The notes beneath the pieces were generated by a model. The model had not been told where the DNA came from and searched no databases. It worked only from the letters and a program-made list of their open reading frames with translations. This document shows positions 59,710 through 64,000 of a stretch of DNA of 64,000 nucleotides, in pieces. The stretch is from Acidobacteriota bacterium (GTDB taxonomy: Bacteria > Acidobacteriota > Terriglobia > Terriglobales > SCQP01), in contig JAKAZV010000003.1 of assembly GCA_021826505.1 (NCBI GenBank), positions 643-64,642 on the forward strand. The letters run 5' to 3'. The translations under genes and the position numbers were made by a program. Each line of letters opens with the position of its first letter. Within the stretch, counting starts at the first letter, position 1.

Positions 59710-60726
59710 ATGTCGAACCCCGGCTCCTATCCGCTTCCCGATCGCTTCGATGCCGTGCTGGCCGAACAGGACGCCGAAGGCTATCGCTGCCGCTTCGCGC
59801 CGGTCGCCCTGAGCGATCTGCCCGATCGCGACGTGCTGGTCGAGGTGCGCTATTCGTCGCTGAATTACAAGGATGCGCTGGCCGTCACCGGCCGCGGCAA
59901 AATCATCCGCCAATCTCCCATGGTGCTGGGAATTGATTTGGCGGGCCGGGTAGTCAGTTCGGGTTCGTCCCGGTTTCGTCCCGGCGATGCGGTCGTCGTC
60001 ACCGGCCAGGGGTTAAGTGAAACCGAATGGGGCGGCTACAGTCCCTGGCAGCGGGTGCGCGCGGAGTCATTGATTCCGCTGCCGCCGGCATTTTCGCTGG
60101 CCCAGGCCATGGGCATCGGCACGGCGGGAGTCACGGCCATGCTGTCGGTCATGGCGCTGGAGCGCTACGGCCTTGCGCCCACCCCTCGCCCCATGGTCGT
60201 AACCGGCGCCGGCGGCGGCGTGGGGTCCATGGCGGTGGCTTTGCTCGCGCGTTTGGGGTATCCGGTGGCCGCGGTCACCGGCCGCGCCGCCCTGCATGAC
60301 TATCTCACGCAGTTGGGCGCCCGCCAGGTGCTCGATCGCTCCGCACTGGCGCAGGCCTCGCCCGCGCTCGGAAATGAGCGCTGGGCCGGCGGCATTGACA
60401 GCGTGGGCGGCAAAACTCTGGCCTATCTGCTGGCCCACACCGCTGCGCATGGCGCGGTGGCGGCCTGCGGCTTGGCCGGCGGAGCCGACTTGCCGGTTAC
60501 GGTGTTTCCTTTTATCCTGCGCTCTGTCGGTTTGCTCGGCATCAGCTCCAGCTCGACCCCGGCCGCGGCCCAGACCCAGGTCTGGCGCCGGCTGGCCCGC
60601 GATCTGCCCGCCTCCGTGGTGGATTCCATCAGCCGGGTGGAACCGCTGTCGCGCATCTTCGAATTGGCGGAGGAAATCCTGGCCGGCGGCGTGCGCGGCC
60701 GCATCATTCTCGACGTCCGCGCTTGA
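59710..60726 (+). CDS. YhdH/AcuI-type MDR quinone/acrylyl-CoA oxidoreductase
   Basis: VLVEVRYSSLNYKDALAVTGRGKIIR and VVTGAGGGVGSMAV. The track start at 59692 is a TTG; the ATG at 59710 is preferred. Confidence 0.8.
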   Translation: MSNPGSYPLPDRFDAVLAEQDAEGYRCRFAPVALSDLPDRDVLVEVRYSSLNYKDALAVTGRGKIIRQSPMVLGIDLAGRVVSSGSSRFRPGDAVVVTGQGLSETEWGGYSPWQRVRAESLIPLPPAFSLAQAMGIGTAGVTAMLSVMALERYGLAPTPRPMVVTGAGGGVGSMAVALLARLGYPVAAVTGRAALHDYLTQLGARQVLDRSALAQASPALGNERWAGGIDSVGGKTLAYLLAHTAAHGAVAACGLAGGADLPVTVFPFILRSVGLLGISSSSTPAAAQTQVWRRLARDLPASVVDSISRVEPLSRIFELAEEILAGGVRGRIILDVRA

Positions 60727-60732
60727 CGGTTA

Positions 60733-61329
60733 GTGTTTTCTTCTGTGCTCCTCTACTTTGCCAGCTCCAACCCCGGCAAACTGCGGGACTTTTCCGGCAT
60801 GGATTTGCCGCTGCAACTGCTGCCGGATTTCCCGGCACTCCCCGAAGCCATCGAAAATGGCGGCAGTTTTGCCGCCAATGCCCGCATCAAAGCCAGCCAT
60901 TACAGCCGCTTGTCCAGCCATTCCGGTTGGATCGTGGCCGACGATTCCGGCCTGGAAGTGGATGCGCTCGGGGGCGCGCCCGGCGTTAACTCCGCTCTTT
61001 TCTGCGGCCGCCATGGCGATGACGAGGCCAATAACCGCCTGTTGCTTGAGCGGTTGCGCGGAGTGCCCACGGAGCGGCGCACCGGACGCTTTATCTGCGT
61101 GCTGGTCCTGGCTTGCGGCGGAGAAGTGAAGGCGGAATTTCAGGGCGCGGCCGAGGGGCTGATTCTGGAATCGCCGCGCGGCGCTCATGGCTTCGGTTAC
61201 GATCCGCTGTTTTATTCTCCCGCCGCCGGCCGCGGCTTTGCCGAATTGACGCCCGAGGAAAAAGCCCGCTTCAGCCATCGCGGCCAGGCCGCCCGCGCCC
61301 TGCAAGCCTGGCTGAAGCAGCAAAAATAA
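60733..61329 (+). CDS. rdgB: RdgB/HAM1 non-canonical purine NTP pyrophosphatase
   Basis: ASSNPGKLRDF, DDSGLEVDALGGAPGV, GFGYDPLF and FSHRGQA. Confidence 0.85.
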   Translation: MFSSVLLYFASSNPGKLRDFSGMDLPLQLLPDFPALPEAIENGGSFAANARIKASHYSRLSSHSGWIVADDSGLEVDALGGAPGVNSALFCGRHGDDEANNRLLLERLRGVPTERRTGRFICVLVLACGGEVKAEFQGAAEGLILESPRGAHGFGYDPLFYSPAAGRGFAELTPEEKARFSHRGQAARALQAWLKQQK

Positions 61330-61571
61330 ATGCTGGAGAGCTCATCGAGCCTCTAATGAGTCGTGTTCACGGCTGAACCGCACTGTAATGCAAGTGCCGG
61401 TAGAAGCGAACAATAAGCGAAACAGGCATCAACTGAGTCACCCCCCCGTTTAGGGGAATTGCGCCTGATCTGAAGCTGTGTTGTGCTTAGGGTGATTCAC
61501 GAGTCTGTCTCAATCGTGCGATAGATTCTCTCCCCCCGGGAATAAAACGGAAAAAATCCGGAGGCAGAATC

Positions 61572-63158
61572 ATGTTCAAACGCAAACGTTCGGCGGAAAA
61601 CAATCCCGCATTCACCCAAGGCGCGGCCCAGCCCGCGGCGGCTGTGGCTGCAGCTCATTCCCGCCGGCAAGCCCGGGCGGATGCCGAGCTGGCCGCGCGG
61701 CTCAATGAAATGACGCGGCAAATCTCCGCCGCCGCGCCGCCGGCCGATGACGATTTTGACGCGCTCATGGCGATCGCCCGGCAAGGCAAGCTGTTGCGCG
61801 ATGAGCGCGACCGCGGCCATCTGGCCTGGGATAACGAGCATGCCCGGCTAGTGCTGCCCATTCTCTCGAGCGAATTTTCCTCGTTTCTGACGCAGCAGTT
61901 TTACCAATTCCATCAGCGCCAGCCGCGGCCGCGTTCGCTGGCGGCGGCCATTGGCGTGCTCAACGGCCAGGCCCGGTTTCTGCCCGATACCACTTTCATG
62001 CATCTGCGCCGCGCCTCCGATGGCGCCGCCTTCTGGCTCGATCTGGCGCGGTCGGAAGGCGAGGCGGTGCGGATTGATGAAAACGGCTGGGAGGTGATCG
62101 CCCATCCGCCGGTCTATTTTCTCCGCAACCGGCTGCAGAACCCGCTGCCCATACCGGAAGTGTTTTACGATATTCACGCCCTGCAGGCGCTGCTGGGCAT
62201 TCCCGGCAAGGATGAGGCGGTGCTCGTTCTGGCCTGGCTGCTGGCCGCCTATATTCCCAATATGCCGGTGCCGATGCTGGCCCTGCTCGGCCCCCAGGGC
62301 AGCGGCAAGACCACGCTGGCCCGCATTCTGCGCAACCTGATTGATCCCCATCAGGCCGAACTGCTGGCCATGCCCAATGAAAAAGACCTGGCCCTGGCGC
62401 TGGAGCATCAGGCGGTGCTGGTGCTGGATAATCTCAGCCAGCTTTCCCAGCAGCAATCCAACCGCCTTTGCCGCGCCGTCACCGGCTTTGGCTATCTTAA
62501 AACCCGGCCCCGCCACGCCGGCGAGGCGGAAGTGATCGGCTTTCGCCGTCCCATCATCGTGACCGCGCTTGATCTGCCCAGCCATGTGCCCGATTGGCTC
62601 GATCGCACGGTGGCCATCCGGCTGGAGGCCCGGCCGCCGGAGATGTGCGCCCAGGAGATGCGGGTCATGAACAAGTTCCGCGCCCAGCAGGGAAAATTCC
62701 TGGGGCTGGTACTCGACCTGCTCAGCCGCGCCCTGGCCGCCCAGCGCAAGCTGCCGCAGATGTACAATTTTCCCCGCATGGCCGATTATGCCGGCATCGG
62801 CATGGCCCTGATGAGCGTTTTCCGCCAGCCGCCGGAGCGCTTTTTGCAGGTGCTGGCCGCCAATGCCGGCCAGTTGAGCCAGGATCTGCTGAATCAGGAC
62901 CCCGTGGCCCTGGCTCTGCAAACGTTCATGTCCGACAAGACCGAATGGAATGGCTCGCCCACCGATCTTGCCCGGCAGCTTTCCCAATTTATGAGCGGGA
63001 AAGTAATCGCCAGTTCATTGAGCAAAAGGCTCCGACTGTTGCAAATCAATTTTTCCCAATTTGGTATGCATGTCTCTTTTTCCCGGGGCCATCAGGGTTG
63101 TTTAATCGCTGTGAAAAGGGTTGATTCTGTGAAAAATGATCACAATATCGTGTCTTGA
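61572..63158 (+). CDS. P-loop NTPase resembling phage/plasmid SF3-helicase (P4-alpha/VirE-type) replication proteins
   Basis: GGAGG RBS. Walker A LLGPQGSGKTTLAR, Walker B-like AVLVLDNLS, then CRAVTGFGYLKTR...IGFRRPIIVTALDLP, like the post-Walker-B block of P4-type primase-helicase C-terminal domains. The N-terminal 250 aa or so are unassigned. Confidence 0.45.
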   Translation: MFKRKRSAENNPAFTQGAAQPAAAVAAAHSRRQARADAELAARLNEMTRQISAAAPPADDDFDALMAIARQGKLLRDERDRGHLAWDNEHARLVLPILSSEFSSFLTQQFYQFHQRQPRPRSLAAAIGVLNGQARFLPDTTFMHLRRASDGAAFWLDLARSEGEAVRIDENGWEVIAHPPVYFLRNRLQNPLPIPEVFYDIHALQALLGIPGKDEAVLVLAWLLAAYIPNMPVPMLALLGPQGSGKTTLARILRNLIDPHQAELLAMPNEKDLALALEHQAVLVLDNLSQLSQQQSNRLCRAVTGFGYLKTRPRHAGEAEVIGFRRPIIVTALDLPSHVPDWLDRTVAIRLEARPPEMCAQEMRVMNKFRAQQGKFLGLVLDLLSRALAAQRKLPQMYNFPRMADYAGIGMALMSVFRQPPERFLQVLAANAGQLSQDLLNQDPVALALQTFMSDKTEWNGSPTDLARQLSQFMSGKVIASSLSKRLRLLQINFSQFGMHVSFSRGHQGCLIAVKRVDSVKNDHNIVS

Positions 63159-63196
63159 AGGGGATTGATGGTTGTAAGTGATTGATTTTAAAGGCC

Positions 63197-63295
63197 GCGT
63201 AGGGAAAGCATGGGCGCGTAGGTGGAGGATTCGTCCCCCTGCGCGCGTAATCCTCATGGAATCAAAGGCTTAGCGGGAGCGCGTAGGTGCGTAGG
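63197..63295. repeat. Cluster of four GCGTAGG direct repeats (iteron-like)
   Basis: GCGTAGG at 63197, 63216, 63281 and 63289, plus the variant GCGTAAT at 63245. Flanking (G/A)TTGAT motifs at about 63163, 63181, 63328 and 63351. Confidence 0.6.
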
Positions 63296-63440
63296 GAAGA
63301 TGATGACTTTTTTTGCAATGCTCTTTGGTTGATGAATGAATCGAAAAATTGGTTGATGCCGGAGCAGCATTACGATATTAGTGGCGCAGTATTGGCATAG
63401 CCATTCAAGAAAAAAACGTGAATCGAGTATCATCCTGAAT

Positions 63441-63782
63441 ATGGCGACGGTTCACATCCCGGAGAGCGAGGCAGTTCGCGATTTACCCAATCTGCTGGCC
63501 CGCGCACGCGCCGGCGAAGAGATTGTAATCGAGAAAAAAGACTCGCCTGACATCGTGCTGCGCGTGGCCGCGGAACCGCGTGGACGCTTACTTTCGGAGT
63601 CCATTGCGCTTGCCGAAATGCACGCGAAAGAGATGGGCTTTGAGCCGGTAATGGATCCAGAATTCGCCGCCGACCTTGAAGCAATCATCCGCAATCGTAA
63701 AGCCCGCGATACGTCGGCTTGGGACTGCCAGCGTTTACGAACGAGTCTTATTTTTTCGCCCGCCAGAGCACCCGGCCGGTAA
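63441..63782 (+). CDS. Phd/YefM-like type II antitoxin homolog without an adjacent toxin gene
   Basis: MATVHIPESEAVRDLPNLLARARAGEEIVIEKKDSPDIVL...DPEFAADLEAIIRNRK resembles antitoxins usually paired with VapC/PIN toxins. The ATG at 63441 is preferred over the track GTG at 63381. Confidence 0.45.
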   Translation: MATVHIPESEAVRDLPNLLARARAGEEIVIEKKDSPDIVLRVAAEPRGRLLSESIALAEMHAKEMGFEPVMDPEFAADLEAIIRNRKARDTSAWDCQRLRTSLIFSPARAPGR

Positions 63783-64000
63783 AAAACGGGCCCATGGCCT
63801 GAATGAATTCCGCCGTCTGCCGCGTCTTGCGCATGGCCTGCACGCAGGCCGAGAGCGGATGCAGCTCGCGGCCCAGCAGCCCGATGACAAAATCGCTGTC
63901 ATTGGCGTCCAGGCCAAAGCTGGCCAGGCGCACGTCGCGCGCCAGCCCGGCCTCGCCGAAGGCATGGCCGATGCGGCCATGCTCGCGCAGCGCCGCCGTC
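63748..64000 (-). CDS. Chlorite dismutase-family protein (ChdC/HemQ-like), C-terminal part; the 5' end runs off the window
   Basis: Manual translation of the open frame to the window edge: ...RLASFGLDANDSDFVIGLLGRELHPLSACVQAMRKTRQTAEFIQAMGPFFTGRV. This resembles the HemQ C-terminus (SFGLGDYEW...LR...PFFTGRR). Confidence 0.6.
   Translation of the reverse strand, partial: TAALREHGRIGHAFGEAGLARDVRLASFGLDANDSDFVIGLLGRELHPLSACVQAMRKTRQTAEFIQAMGPFFTGRVLWRAKK

Noticed and set aside
61330-61571. A possible tRNA or other integration target between rdgB and the helicase-like gene.
   Set aside because: I could not find a cloverleaf-compatible sequence (no T-loop GTTCRANYC motif or matching acceptor stem). 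Only weak 5-bp hairpins are present.

Overview
High-GC bacterial chromosomal window. The gene content (BamA/Skp, a TonB-dependent receptor with a carboxypeptidase-regulatory N-terminus, a beta-propeller-phosphoesterase fusion, a BON protein) looks Acidobacteriota-like, but that assignment is inference only. I can support about 50 protein-coding genes. Most are housekeeping: recG, ssb, glgB, thiG, argD, rph, rdgB, rsmB, bamA, skp, a phosphohexomutase, cell-wall hydrolases, ABC transporters and a ThyX-like gene. I found no rRNA, tRNA or CRISPR array. The main candidate for an undescribed system is a translationally coupled pair on the minus strand (17910-19624): a HipA-like kinase followed by a DUF3037-like protein. 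It sits 4 nt behind a YqaA/DedA-type membrane gene and next to a frameshifted MOSC gene, and the kinase catalytic-loop region looks atypical. Other notable items: a 123-bp repeat (about 90% identical) in direct orientation on both sides of a TonB-dependent receptor gene, with a partial third copy; a likely mobile-element remnant between rdgB and a chdC/hemQ-like gene, made of an SF3-helicase-like P-loop protein, a GCGTAGG iteron-like cluster and an orphan Phd/YefM-like antitoxin; two genes broken by single frameshifts (an Old Yellow Enzyme and a MOSC protein); a GAF-GGDEF-HD-GYP sensor; and a BON protein with SGQ microsatellite-like coding repeats. All calls come from reading the supplied ORF translations and the raw sequence. 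No database search was run.
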